Part shown: positions 11,159-23,660 of the stretch, in pieces
How the letters are laid out: every line of letters begins with the position of its first letter
Position numbering within the stretch: the first letter of the stretch is position 1
NCBI GenBank assembly: GCA_044892525.1
Contig: CM097886.1
Location: 75,392,001-75,456,000 of the forward strand
Direction: 5' to 3'
Length of the DNA: 64,000 nucleotides
Origin: Schmidtea polychroa
Taxonomy: Eukaryota
Notes under the pieces: generated by a model
What the model was told of the DNA's origin: nothing
What the model saw: only the letters and a program-made list of their open reading frames with translations
Databases searched by the model: none
Position numbers and translations under genes: made by a program

Positions 11159-11507
11159 TTTATCCTCTATTCTCTATTCAATTAAGAATTTCCCAAGCAG
11201 CAGTAATGGATTGGTAGGTATATTCTCTTATTTATTTTAGTTTAGTTACACCGCCCCCCCCCAAAAAATTTGTTGGACACCCCATAAAGTTTTGCAACAC
11301 CCCCAACTGAAAATTTCTGCATAAAAGCCTGGAATCCCGGGTGCCACAGCATGCCTATCCCGGCACATATTTTGTTCCACTTCGAGCACTGGCCATCTGA
11401 TAATATTCAGACATAAACTCTGGGAATTCTCCCGGATCACCGCTGAATGCCTTTACGGGCAGAGCGGGATATCTGGCAAATGCATTTACATTAGCTTCCT
11501 CTGCCAT
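9586..11507 (-). pseudogene. Gag (retrotransposon gag domain + multiple CCHC zinc knuckles), interrupted by a MITE
   Basis: ATG at 11507 (MAEEANVNAFARYPALPVKAFSG, as in copy 2). Knuckles CFNCHRKGHIAKDC, CTKCGRNNHGAENC, CEKCKRKGHVAAVC, CHGCGKFGHMMRSC. Confidence 0.9.
10930..11391. mobile_element. hAT-type MITE (462 bp) inserted in gag
   Basis: Perfect 14-bp TIR CAGTGCTCGAAGTG...CACTTCGAGCACTG and 8-bp TSD GCCATCTG (10922-10929, 11392-11399). The empty site is present in copy 2 at ~50344. Contains a (TA)n tract. Confidence 0.92.
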
Positions 11508-11585
11508 TTGATTATCCAGTTTTACTCTGGCTCTAGTTCCTAACGCTATTTTGTTTTATTTCAATATCTACCCGCTGATAATTTT

Positions 11586-11603
11586 ATCACGTCGGGCTCA
11601 CCA
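11586..11603 (-). promoter_or_regulatory. Primer-binding site complementary to tRNA-Trp 3' end
   Basis: Minus strand TGGTGAGCCCGACGTGAT, 3 nt after the LTR end. It is the complement of ATCACGTCGGGCTCACCA, close to the eukaryotic tRNA-Trp 3' end ATCACGTCGGGGTCACCA. Confidence 0.85.
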
Positions 11604-11606
11604 AAA

Positions 11607-11750
11607 TGTTAGGTTCGATGGGTATGTCTTCGAACTAACACAAAAATGTTCTATCTGACTCCAAGTAAATAATTTAGGCGTGTAGGTAAATCAATAAATA
11701 AGAAATATGTTTTAAATATTTATTTGTCAATAAAAAGTTAGTTACACGTT

Positions 11751-11836
<86 letters not shown>

Positions 11837-12734
11837 CACCACGCTGCCTTTCTCTAAGTAAAGAAAACGGTTATTCAAACCGCCCTGAAGAGTGTTACTA
11901 AGGATCAAGGCTGGCCCTAAATGCGCCAACAGCCCGATATAGGTGTAAGGAAAAGAAGCAGGGTAGATCACCAAATTTTACGCTATAGAGTTAACCCAGA
12001 AATTGGTTATTTGATATTGAATTATTTGATATTATTTGATATTGAATAACGATACAACACGAAATCAGTGATGATGTTATATTGTCCCTTTATTTAGTTA
12101 AAATAAATAAATAAATATTTTCAAGAATAAAACAATAATAATACTAACTATACGATAATCCGACCACTAATATGAACCTCAGATGGGTGGTTGAACTTGT
12201 TAATCTAATCTTCCCTTTTTCTTAAATTATTTCTTCAATAAAAGTTAGAGTTAAGCGAAAATAAAAAATTCCAAATTATTTGTTAATCAATAATCGTTGA
12301 TTGACTAAGACTGTTAAATGATGATCTGTCCAAATTTAATGTAACTATCTGTCTCTTAATGCGAGCTAATCAGTTTCGATTTATGTCGACTTTTTTTTTG
12401 AACTACTTTTAATCTGTCGTGTCCGATCTTTTTCTCTCGTCCCTTCAATCTAATTTTCATCTGCTATTTATATAATTTTTTACTTACTTAATTCTATTAA
12501 TAGTAATTGTTTAATTACTATTTTTATTATATATTTTTAAATAATTTCCATAATTCTATTTGTAGTAATTATTTATTACTAATTTTATTTTAGTTTTAAT
12601 TTTAGTGTTTAATTTCTATTTTTGGTAATTTTAAAATACTATTTTTATTTTACTTCATATTTTAGTAATTAATTATTATTTTAATTATTATTTAATTTCG
12701 AACCTTCAATTTCGGTTCCTACTGAACCCCAACA
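11607..12734 (-). repeat. 5' LTR of family A copy 1
   Basis: TGTTAGGTTC...GAACCCCAACA termini shared with the copy 2 LTRs. Adjacent PBS. Internal (TA)n expansion at ~11754-11831. Confidence 0.93.
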
Positions 12735-13319
12735 CAGCCTAAACTTGATGTTCTGGAACTCCTGGCACCTAATTTTACTCAGCCTGTAACTTCACTATAT
12801 CAGAACTGAAAGCTCCAAAAAGTTTTTTTTACTAATAGAAAATAGAGAGCTTAAATGCGACTGTGTCAACTTATCAACTCGTCGCCTAAGTTCTTATTGG
12901 GAAGATTTGGTAAAGATTAACGGTCACGGGCGTCCACAAGGGTGGGGGCAGGTGGGGCACTTGCCAACCCCTGAATTTCCCAAACCATCCTATTTTTCGA
13001 TTAATTTAAACATATTTTAATAGATGCGCTCAAACAATGTTGGAAAAACCCAAGACAAAAATTTTAATTTAAAGAAGCTTCCTGTTTACTTTAATGTTAT
13101 TAATTATATCTGGAAATCAATGATTTCAAATCATCTTATTTGTATAAAAACTTTCAATATTAACTGAAGTTCTGATTTTATAAAAAGTGTTCTATTTTGT
13201 AAATTAATGAAAATAGTTTTCTATTTTGTAAGTAAACGGAAAAAAGTAGTATTTTGTATAATGCCCCAAATATTTATTATACACATGCAAAAAAGCAAGA
13301 AGTAGTGCATGAAATCAAC

Positions 13320-14850
13320 TCAAACATAACATAGACACCTAACAGAAGTAAACCAATTTAAATTAATGGTGATAAGAGAAAGTAGGGAGGAAAAGTAGAA
13401 AGATTTCCATAAAATATCATCAGAAAATATAGAATATTCTATAAAAATGCTAAAATCCATATACTCCTTCGACTCTGTGTGTATAAAGTGAGAATCCTGA
13501 TAAATATGAAAAATTGTATCGTGTGTTACAATTAATTTTTTGGATTTGCCTCTGGGAAATTCTCTACATCTTACAATAAATATTTTTGCCTCCACATTGG
13601 GTTTGGACAGTCATATGCGATTATAATGTTATTTAATAATAATGCTATGATTACTATTGTTGGGTTTTGGTTAATTTAAGTCGGTTCCCTCTGACTCCTC
13701 GTGTCCTTTAAATCAAAACAATAAAGACCCAACGTATATTGAAATAACAAAATTCACAATTTTTTCTCACCACTTTACAATTAATAATCACATTTACGTT
13801 TGACCGATTCTCCGCTCGGTGTTGATGCTTTGTAAATAGTTAATATTCACCTTTTATTTATTTAGATTCTCTTGACCCACGTTTTTCTCTTTTTCTGTTT
13901 GAGTTGATTCTTTTTCACCTTTCCGTATTCCTATTCTATGTCTTCTTTTCCCTAATCTCCTTAATTCGTTTTACCTATTCTTAACTCGGTTTCTTCTAAC
14001 CCTAGCTGAGGCAAAATGCCGATTTGCTCGGATTTTCCCTTTCCTTATATACTCCTCGAAATCTTTCACTTTACATTTGCTACCACGTATCTGCTTCGGT
14101 TGTCACCCATAATGGTCCAACGAACCAAGATAATTAATGGCCCTTCCGGCCTTTCTACACGCACTATCTTCTCCTTGCTCTTTTCCAATTAATCATTGTG
14201 TCAAGCTAATGGGCCCAAATCTTCCTTCTGTTTGCTTTTCGTCTTGTTTACCCAGCTCGGGTTTCCTTCATCTCTCGGGTTCTCCATTGGCTCGGGTTAA
14301 CCATTAGCTCGGGTTTTCTATTAGCCAATTAATTAATTAATTAACTTTTTCTGTTTTTACACATTTGCATACTTTTCGACCCTTCCTAACCATTTTCTGA
14401 TAAATCCCTAACCATCATCTTGTTGACCATTAGCTACTCTATACCTGTCCCGTTTTCCCCATTCGATTTCAATGATTTTACCATTTATTGATTTTTCTCG
14501 GATTTCTGGATTCTTGCCTTTCGTAATTGCTTTTGGCATTTTCTAATACTGCTTCCATCACACTTTCCTTTACTATCGATTCTGTGCATGATCCCGCTTT
14601 TATTTCTCTTTTTTCTTCACTTACTTTTTATTTTAATTATTAACCTAAATTTCATTTAAATTTATTTTAATTTACGGACCTCAACACTATTATTATTGAG
14701 ACTTTGACTTTCCTTCCTTTTTGCTTGGTCCCAATGTCGTTTTATTTACTAACTTTTTTACTACTTCCTTGGTATCATCCACGTCAATCGCTGCATTTTC
14801 GTCACAGATTTCCTTGTAATTTTTTGTAATACACTCACTAGGGTAATAAC
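13320..14850 (-). pseudogene. Fragment of a second chuvirus-type env gene (signal peptide and N-terminus) split by a solo LTR
   Basis: IIALLLNNIIIAYDCPNP...KKLIVTHDTIFHIYQDSHFIHTESKE matches 29920-30111. Segment 14691-14800 matches the pre-signal region at ~31235-31330. Confidence 0.7.
13658..14686. mobile_element. Solo LTR (~1,029 bp) of another LTR family
   Basis: TGTTG...CAACA termini and 4-bp TSD CTAT (13654-13657, 14687-14690). Removing it restores the env signal-peptide reading. Confidence 0.75.
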
Positions 14851-16399
14851 TATCATCATTATTTTTTGTACCGAAACTGAAACTCCTGACATTCGAGGAA
14901 CAATTTTATGCAGATGACAGTAGCAACTTTATTTTTTTTAAAAATTGAAAAAAGTTCCCCCACCTTTTTGTTTTTCTTTTTCACACATCGTGCAGTTTGG
15001 CTATCGGTTTCAAGTTCACACTGATTTTTTATATGACATTCCAGACTGATTTAAAGCACATTCCAGTCAGCTGTTTCCATTTGTTTATAAACAAGGCATT
15101 TACAGATGGTTGTAAATTTTATTTTCTTTGTTTTGATTATTTTAGATAAACTATTTCGTTTTCAGTGTAAGATTGCAAATCTTATAATGAGGAAGAAAAT
15201 TACAAGATATTTATTAACTTTTAAAACACAAGAAAATGTCTTATAGGAATTCAAGCCACAGTATAAAGTCAAACATGTGTATTTGGATGAAGAATCTACC
15301 CTCATCTTCTAAACAAAAAAGGGATCCAAGGATTCCATCTGTTGAAAAGCTTACCAATCTCACAAACGCTGAGAAAACTGTCAAAATTTTGGAAACTTCA
15401 CTTTTCTGTTCAACAAGAAACGGCGACTGCATCGAATCAAAATTATGATTACGGATGTAGAATTGCTCTGGAGGGAAATTCTAGACTTTCCACTATTATC
15501 CAGCGCACTCATCAGAAAGAAACTCAATAGTCGGATTGATATATATAACAAAAACGAAAAAAAACCGTCTAGTAAATTCACTGCAACACTTTCTCAGTTA
15601 TTTGATGTCACTAAAGTTAAACAAAATGGAAAAGCACTGGAGATAAAGAGCTCTACCAGAGGCAAGTTAAGATTGGAAGAAAGATTGGTTATTCAATGGT
15701 CAAACAAGCCCTTTGGAATCAATCACCCAAGAAAATGAATCCGACTATCAAAATCTCAACCTCAAGCCAGCTCCTTTCAATCGCAACCCACACAAATACA
15801 TAAAATTGTCTCCGATTCTTAGGATTCTGAAACCTCTGCTTCTTCACCTTAGTCACCAACCTCTTCTTCCAAGAAATCTTCTCTATGTTTTTTTAGTTTT
15901 ATTCAAAAGAGTAATAGTATTAAATAAGATAAAGAACAGTTAGTAATCTGTACAAAATGTACAAGAAATGTTTAAAAAAATATTTTTTCCTATGAACTTC
16001 AGTTTCAAACATTTCAAACATACTATTAGGATTCTAATCCGCGAATCACTAACCGTGAACATCACTAAATAATTCCGTAAATTTTATTTAATAACTTATA
16101 CACTCAAAAACTTGTCTTTCCTTATTTTTTTTTATTTAAACAAATTTCAGTTTTTCTTAAAATATTTCCTCGATAAAAATATTTTTTAAAAATGATAAAT
16201 TTCGTTCTTCTTTTTAAAATATATTTCAATAAAAATATATTTTAAATTTTAACAAAATTTCTAATTAATCTTTAAGAATCTTTCAACTTCCGCATATCCC
16301 CCTCCTTAAGAAATTTTAAAGTTTTCCACGTTTCTTTCAATCTTTTTACCATTCTCGTTTCATAAGATATATCGTCTGTCATGTACTTTCTCGATAACT

Positions 16400-19300
16400 T
16401 TATATGGTCCCTCATATCTGTCCTGGCTTTTGTTGCGTGTTTCTAATTTTACTAACACATCTTCTACGTCAAATTTCCTCCTTGTTTGTTATTCTTTTTC
16501 TTCCTTTATCTGTTTTTCTTTTAACCCATACCATTTGTCCATGCTAATCTTTTTTTCAAAAACTATCTCTGTCGGGGTTTTTCATGTCGTTTTTTGTTTG
16601 GTTGCATTTAATGTAAATTCGACTTCTGGTAGTATATCTGCCCAATCCGTCTTCCTTCTGTCTCGTAAAGTAGCATTTATCAGCTCTCGTATTGTCCTGA
16701 ATTGCCTTTCTATCTGCCCATTTGTTTGGTGATGGTATGGACTCGAAAAACATAACTTAATATCAAGTTTCTTTGTGAATTCTCTCAACATTCCTGATTC
16801 AAACGCCTTCCCACAATCAACTTCCATCTCCTTTGGGCACCCAAATCTTAAAATCCATTTTTCTAAAATCGTTTTCTTTATTGTTTCCTCGTCTTGTCTT
16901 GTTATAGCTGTCAAGACTTGATACTTACTATACTGGTCTATTATACCCAATATATACTTCTTACGTCCTTTTGTTTCTTGCATTGGTCAACATATATCCA
17001 CGAATATAATTTCGAACATTTCGATTGACTTAATATCAAGTTTCTTTGTGAATTCTCTCAACATTCCTGATTCAAACGCCTTCCCACAATCAACTTCCAT
17101 CTCCTTTGGGTACCCAAATCTTAAAATCCATTTTTCTAAAATCGTTTTCTTTATTGTTTCCTCGTCTTGTCTTGTTATAGCTGTCAAGACTTGATACTTA
17201 CTATACTGGTCTATTATACCCAATATATACTTCTTACGTCCTTTTGTTTCTTGCATTGGTTCACATATATCCCCGAATATAATTTCGAACATTTCGATTG
17301 ACTTAATATCAAGTTTCTTTGTGAATTCTCTCAACGTTCCTGATTCAAACGCCTTCCCACAATCAACTTCCATCTCCTTTGGGCACACAAATCTTAAAAT
17401 CCATTTTTCTAAAATCGTTTTCTTTATTGTTTCCTCGTCTTGTCTTGGTAAAGCTGTCAAGACTTGATACTTACTATACTGGTCTATTATACCCAATATA
17501 CTTCTTACGTCCTTTTGTTTCTTGCATTGGTCCACATATATCCACGAATATAATTTCGTACATTTCGATTGATTCTAGATTTTTTACTGGTTCCTTCGTT
17601 GTGATTGTTATAGCCTCGATTTTTTGACAAGTCTCACAACTTCGAATAGTTTCCTGAATCTGACTCCACAGATTTTTCCCAATATATCTATCTTTCATAT
17701 AATCAGCTATCTTCCCGACTCCAGCATGACACAATAGTCTATGTATTTCCTTTATGGTTTCTTGTATCTCGTTTTCAGGTATCATCGTTTTCTTTCGTAA
17801 TTCTTCTTCCAAATTTATTTGTTGATTGGTGCTTCTACCTTCTTCTCTGATCGAGTCTAGTAATCTAGTTTTTATCTTTCCTTTTTTAGCTTCCTCGTGA
17901 GCCATTTGACATTGAACACACGTTTCACATTTAGTTCTGGACACCATGTCTGCATTTTGGTGATTAACACCCTTTCTATATTCAACGATTATATCCAAAC
18001 TTCTCAAAAAATTGATCCAGGTTTGGAATTGTGAAGTAATTAGCTTCTTGGTTGTTATCATAAACGTGATCGCCTTGAGGTCTGTCCTTAGCGTGAATCT
18101 TCTTCCGTAGAGATAGTGCTTAAAATGAATACAAAAATAATATACCGCCAATAGTTCCTTCCTTGTAATGCAATATCCTTTTTCATGGCTCGTCATCGAG
18201 TGTGATCCATACGCAATTACTTTCTCCTTTCCATCATTATCTCCTTGCGAAAGCACTGCTCCAATGGTGTCAAAACTAGCATCACTATCTAAAATAAACT
18301 CTTTTCTCAGATCCGGAAAGCATAGGATCGGTGCCGTTGTGAGTGCTAACTTCATTCCCTCGAATGCGTTATTCGTTTCTTCAGTCCATTCCAGTTTTTG
18401 TTACTCGGACCGCTACATAATTGTTCTAACATCCTTGCTTTCTTTGCATACTCACTGATGAATCTTCTATAATAATTGCGAATCTCTAGAAAGCTTCGAA
18501 GTTTTTTTACGCAACTGGGCTTCCCAAAGTTTTGTATAGCTTGAATCTTAGAAGGATCGGTTTTAACTCCTTCTTTACTGATTATGTGTCCTAAGAATCT
18601 GATTTCTTTCTTTATTATTTGACACTTTTCTGGGTTAATCTTTAGTCCTGCTTCATCGATCGCTGTTAATACTTCACTGAGTATTGTATAATGTTTTTCT
18701 TTACTATTCGAATAAATCAGAATGTCATCCAAATAGACCATTGCTCCATTTATTTTACCTATTACCTTTGTCATCATTTCCTGGAACGTAACTGCTGCTG
18801 CAGCGATTCCGAACGGCATTCTATTGAAACAGTATTGCCCTTTCTTTGTCGAGAATGCTGTTTTCTCTTGCGATTCTTCGTCTAACTCCACTTGGTAATA
18901 TGCGTTACCAAGATCGATTGAGCTAAAATAAACGGATATTCCCAACAAATCTAACATCTCGTCTATGTTTGGCATTAAGAATGCCTGCCTCTCTGTTACT
19001 GCATTCAGCTGTCTGAAATCCAAGCATAGCCTAATATCTTTTTTCTCTTTTTTCCATACGCAGATTAACGGCGTGTTCCATGGGGAGTTAAATTTCCGTA
19101 TTATCCCGTTATCGTACAAATTTTGTATTGCTTCTTCAATTTTTGTTTCCAAATTCAATGGTTGACGATATGGTTTTATGTTTATCGGTTCACCTCTTGT
19201 AATTATCTTATGTTTTACTAAATGCGTGCGACCCACATCCCATTTATCCTCCATAAACAAGTTTCCACTGTTCGTTATTATTTCCTTTAATTTACTATCC

Positions 19301-20230
19301 TCATCAATCTTTAGATGTTCCAACGCTCGCGACAATCTTTCTCCATCCTTTATTTGTCTGCCTAATTTTGTTTCAATGTTACAAATATAGTTCTTGTTTT
19401 TTTCACTAGATTCGATATCTTTCTTTTTTGCCAGCCTATATCCAAACGCTTCTTGAAATTCTACTCCTCCAATCATCTCAGGTGCCACTTTCTCCGCCAC
19501 AATGAATCTAAATTCCTTGGAAATATCTCCGATAGTTACTTTAACCTTTGTTCTTCCAATTGTCCCTATCGTACTTTCGTTTGCACATCGTAACTTATCG
19601 TCGCTTCTCATCAATTGTTGTCCTCGTAACTTGAAAACAGTTCACACTCATTACGTTTATTCGTGCTCCGGTGTCTAATAAACAGTCGAAAATTTCCCCA
19701 TTCATCATTACTGTTACACTAGGTCTTCCCTGTAGCTTGTTATACACAATTTCTACCTCCTGCCCCGTTTCAATTGTTCCAATTTTTTCCACTTCCTCTT
19801 CAAACTTTTCTCTCATTAGGAACCTTTATACTTTCTCACCCTTCCTACATTCTCCCACTTTTCTACCCCTTGAAGATATCCCATCCACTTTTCTGTTAGT
19901 ATATGGCTCCAACCAACTCCCATACTGATGGAGCCCTGTTGTTTGGGTACATCCTACTAAAATTGTCTTCATTTGTCTCGAAGCACGATTCCATTTCCTC
20001 TTCTTCTTCGATTCCATTAATCCGGCTGTATTTGTTTCCTGTCGGTCTTTGTTTCTCTATCGATTTCTTGTAACTCGACTTTGTATAACATTCTTCGGAT
20101 CTATGACAATTTATGTTGCATCTTTTACACCGTATTTCTTGACATAACCTTCTTATATGACCTTCTTTCCCACAGCCAAAACATCTTGGCACTTTTTTAA
20201 CTGGAAAATTCCTACTTACATGTCCACTTC
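16400..20230 (-). mobile_element. Decayed Ty3/gypsy element (family C): gag knuckles, PR, RT, RNase H, integrase
   Basis: CFGCGKEGHIRRLC, LLDTGARINV, CLDFRQLN/YLDD, DSDAS...RKELLA...RTDLKA and VDCGKAF...TNGQIERQF. Multiple frameshifts; no LTRs recognised. Confidence 0.88.
16756..17572. repeat. Tandem triplication of a 273-bp integrase segment
   Basis: Units start at 16756, 17029 and 17302 (CTTAATATCAAGTTTC...). The third unit is 2 nt shorter. The peptide KYILGIIDQYSKYQVLTA...KLDIK is repeated in the ORF track. Confidence 0.9.
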
Positions 20231-20928
20231 TGTGACACGTCCAATTTTTAATTTTGTAATTCTCTATAGTAAACTATTACTATAGAGAATTACTATATAG
20301 ATTATTTTATTATTCATAATTATTAAATTAAATAAAAACTTATAAAAATGTTAATTATAAATTAAAAGTTAATTATAAATGTTACAGTAAAATAGCCAAA
20401 AAAATTGATTCTAAACATGATGTTTGTGATAATCTGACAATGCAAATTTATGCACTCCTTTTTAAACAAATAACATTAATTAAAATGAATTTTTAAAAAC
20501 ACACTTTCATTTTGAGAAATCGAAATAAAAAATTTAAGAGTTTTAATTGTTTATTATTAAAAATTGCTGTTAAAAATCTTTTTTACACAATTTAAAATTT
20601 TTTTTACACAATTTAAAATTTTTTTACAAAATTGTTGATAATATTAATAAATATTATATATATTGATAAATATTAATAAATTTTTATAAACTTTAAAATT
20701 TTGATATTATATTTATTAAATAAATTTTAAAATCGCAATATTATATTTATTTAATAATTTAATAAATTTAACAATTAAAATAACTTCCATTTAAAAAATC
20801 ATTTAAAATAAATTTAGCCTAGAAAATTGGCGAATAATTTAAAATTTGAATTAATTAGATATTTTGAAATATGAAAACGACATATTATTGTTTTAATAAT
20901 AGTTAATTATGGGGTTATTTAATTATCG

Positions 20929-23660
20929 ATGGAACATTTGGAAAATAGTTTATTTCTTAATTTTATTAAAAACTTTAACTCTCAAGATATTGAGCAAATT
21001 TTCAATTCTTCATATACATGTGCAGTTATTTTTCGGTAATTTTTATTTTATCATAAATAAATTACTTTAATTTCAGCGAATTGTCAAATTTGAGTAAACA
21101 TATTGTTTCTCGTGTATTATTAATTGATGAAGCTGTACGCAAAAGCCTAATATCTTCATGGGTAAACAAAGATTATTTAAGCATGCTCACAAAATCTTTT
21201 GAAGAATTAAATGATTTGAAAATATTTACAAGAGTGAGTAATGGAGCTCAAGGAGAATGTATGAAACTTAACAAAAAGTTTCAAGAAAATCTCAAATGTT
21301 CTATTTTTGATGAGTAATACTTCTTTATCTTCAAATCTTTAATATTAATTAAAAATCAAACTTATTTAAAATTTAATTAAATAAAAAAATGGTATAATTG
21401 AATTTTAATTAAAAATATAAATTTTCTAGAGAAACATGCACATTAGTCAAAGAATATAATGAATCGCGTTTTAAATCAATAAATTCTGATGTTTTAATAA
21501 AGAAATCAAATCTTAAGTGGGAAGTAAGATTTATTATCAACGATTTAATTTAATTTAAGCTATTAATAGTCAGTTTTATCCTTGGTTGCTGGTATTCATA
21601 AAAATTCAGGAAATAATATTGCTCGGGGCGTTATTATGAATGCCGGTTACATCAAGTAAAATTCTTATATTTAAAAATTATTAATTATAATCAAAATTTA
21701 GAAATGATGAAATTACAAATAAAGGCTTTCAATTTCTTTTATTACAAAATAAGAAACAAGTTTGGCAGTTTCTTATTTCTTATCTGGAATATATAAAGGT
21801 TAATAATTTTTAAGTGATAAATTAATTCAAGGGTTTTGAAATAGAAATGATTAATTTTCAGGAATTTGAAAAATTTTAAATGTCACAATAATTGTGTAAA
21901 AGTAATTGAAGTCACGATGTTTGGCATTGTAATTAAGGACTAGAAGCTTGAATTTGTAATTGACACTGGTCTTAATAAAGGGAAATTTATATTAACTAAG
22001 CTGGTAATGATTGTTAGCATATTTTAGAAAAATAATGTAGGTTATTTGTTACCACGGCAACCAATAAGATAACCAATAGTATTATTTTAAAAATATATAT
22101 ATTTATATTACTGACAAATTGTAATAATATTAATATAATTTCCCATAGTTTCTAAGTATCTGACAAATTTTATATTCGATCTTTGCTTCGTCTAGTAATT
22201 GAACAGTGTTAAAAAATTTATCAGTAATAATTGTTCAGGAACCTTCAAGCATTATTGATATCCTACCGTTGCTTTTCCAAATTGGTTGCGGATCAATTGA
22301 TCAAGTAGGATTATTACATAAATCCACCAGTTAATTTGAGAAACAAATTACTAGGTATATACTTGCACAAAACCCACGAAGGCCCAACGTGCAATGTTAC
22401 AGCATTTTTTGGAATTCGGTTTCATCGTTTCGGAGACAGAACCGCACCTGGCGTTCCAGGTGACCCCGTTATTGGTGGGTTTGTTGTCTGGAAATGATCG
22501 AATGTCAATGAAGGAAGGACGTGACCATTCCACATCGATCATCAACAGCCAGGGATATATCGTAATGGAATCAGATGATCTTATATACGCTACGACAAGT
22601 ATTTGATAACTCTTCCTATTTATCATTCTTACGATCACAATTTCAGGTTCTAAATTGCAAATTGCGGTTTTAGGAATGTTTTGCAAACTGCATAAACTTT
22701 TCGCTTTCTCTGCTGTCTATCATATAACTGATCAGTCAATTTACAAGGCACTTGATAAAGGAATCACTTCAGATCAAATAATATCTTTTCTTGTGAACAA
22801 TCGTCACCCGGGGATGAAAGAAGTTTGTAGATTAATGCAGTTAATGGTATCTTGATGATATAATTATAGAAATCCCTTATTCCGATCGCATTAGTGGATA
22901 AAATCAAATTAGTCGAGTTTAACCGCTGCATGATAAAGCCAGCAAGTGGGTTCATGTACACCTTTGCTAAACAATCTGAATTCGACACGCTCGTCAATTT
23001 TGCTGAGGTAATATTATTTTTATATTTATTTATTATAATTAATAATTATTATTATTTTTATTATAATTACTTTTTATTTATAACTTTTTTTTTAATATCA
23101 TTAATTATTATTTTTGTTGTTGTTTTGGTTAATATATTAAAATTTATTTATTTTTAATTATTTATTAGAAAATTTATAATTATTTCTTTAATTATTTTTA
23201 TTAATTTTAATTATTTTTATAATTATTTCTTTGTTATTAATATATTAAAATTTAGTTATTTTTAATCATAATTAAAATTTATATTAATTATTTTCTAGTA
23301 ATTAATTTTATTATTAATTATTTTTATAATTATTTATTTGTTATTAATAATTATAATTTTTTATTTTAATAATTTTTATAATTAATTTTATTATTAATTA
23401 TATTAAATAAATTTATAATTGTTGCCAACCTCAAAATTCTGTAAATATTGTTGGTTACTAAGGCAACGAAATAATTACTCGGAAAGTTTTCCCTATTATA
23501 TTTTTAAAAGTAGTTTTATTTGTTTTTATATTATTATTTGTAGCCTAAAAATGCTATTGCCTGGAAGAATCGTGAGAAGCTCCAGGTCATGGTATATGAA
23601 GACAGTCATTCTATGATTCGCAAATTCTGGAGAAATGGGAAGAATCCGGATTACTTTTGA
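20929..23660 (+). CDS. GTF2H4: TFIIH subunit p52 (Tfb2), multi-exon host gene
   Basis: Exons give MEHLENSLFLNFIK...TCAVIFR|ELSNLSKHIVSRVLL...SWVNK, GYIVMESDDLIYATTS, ITDQSIYKALDKGITSDQIISFL, PIALVDKIKLVEFNR and AWKNREKLQVMVYEDSHSMIRKFWR*, which parallel Tfb2 motifs. Short GT-AG AT-rich introns. Internal exon boundaries only partly resolved. Confidence 0.8.

Larger units (their letters stand above)
1..12734 (-). mobile_element. Large Ty3/gypsy LTR retrotransposon, family A copy 1 (5' LTR, gag-env-pol path, accessory ORF; 3' end beyond window start)
   Basis: LTR 11607-12734, PBS 11586-11603 and colinear gag, PR, RT, RH, INT motifs on the minus strand. Colinear with and highly similar to 36032-50558. 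Confidence 0.95.

Noticed and set aside
10992-11240. 82-aa ORF with YIYIYI repeat
   Set aside because: Translation of a (TA)n microsatellite inside the MITE.
11586-11603. tRNA genes (Trp here; iMet at 34884 and 51761)
   Set aside because: Only 18-nt 3'-end complements adjacent to LTRs, i.e. primer-binding sites; no cloverleaf.
12925-12975. GC-rich DNA-transposon-like end (CACGGGCGTCCACAAGGG...)
   Set aside because: No matching opposite TIR or TSD found, so no element can be delimited.
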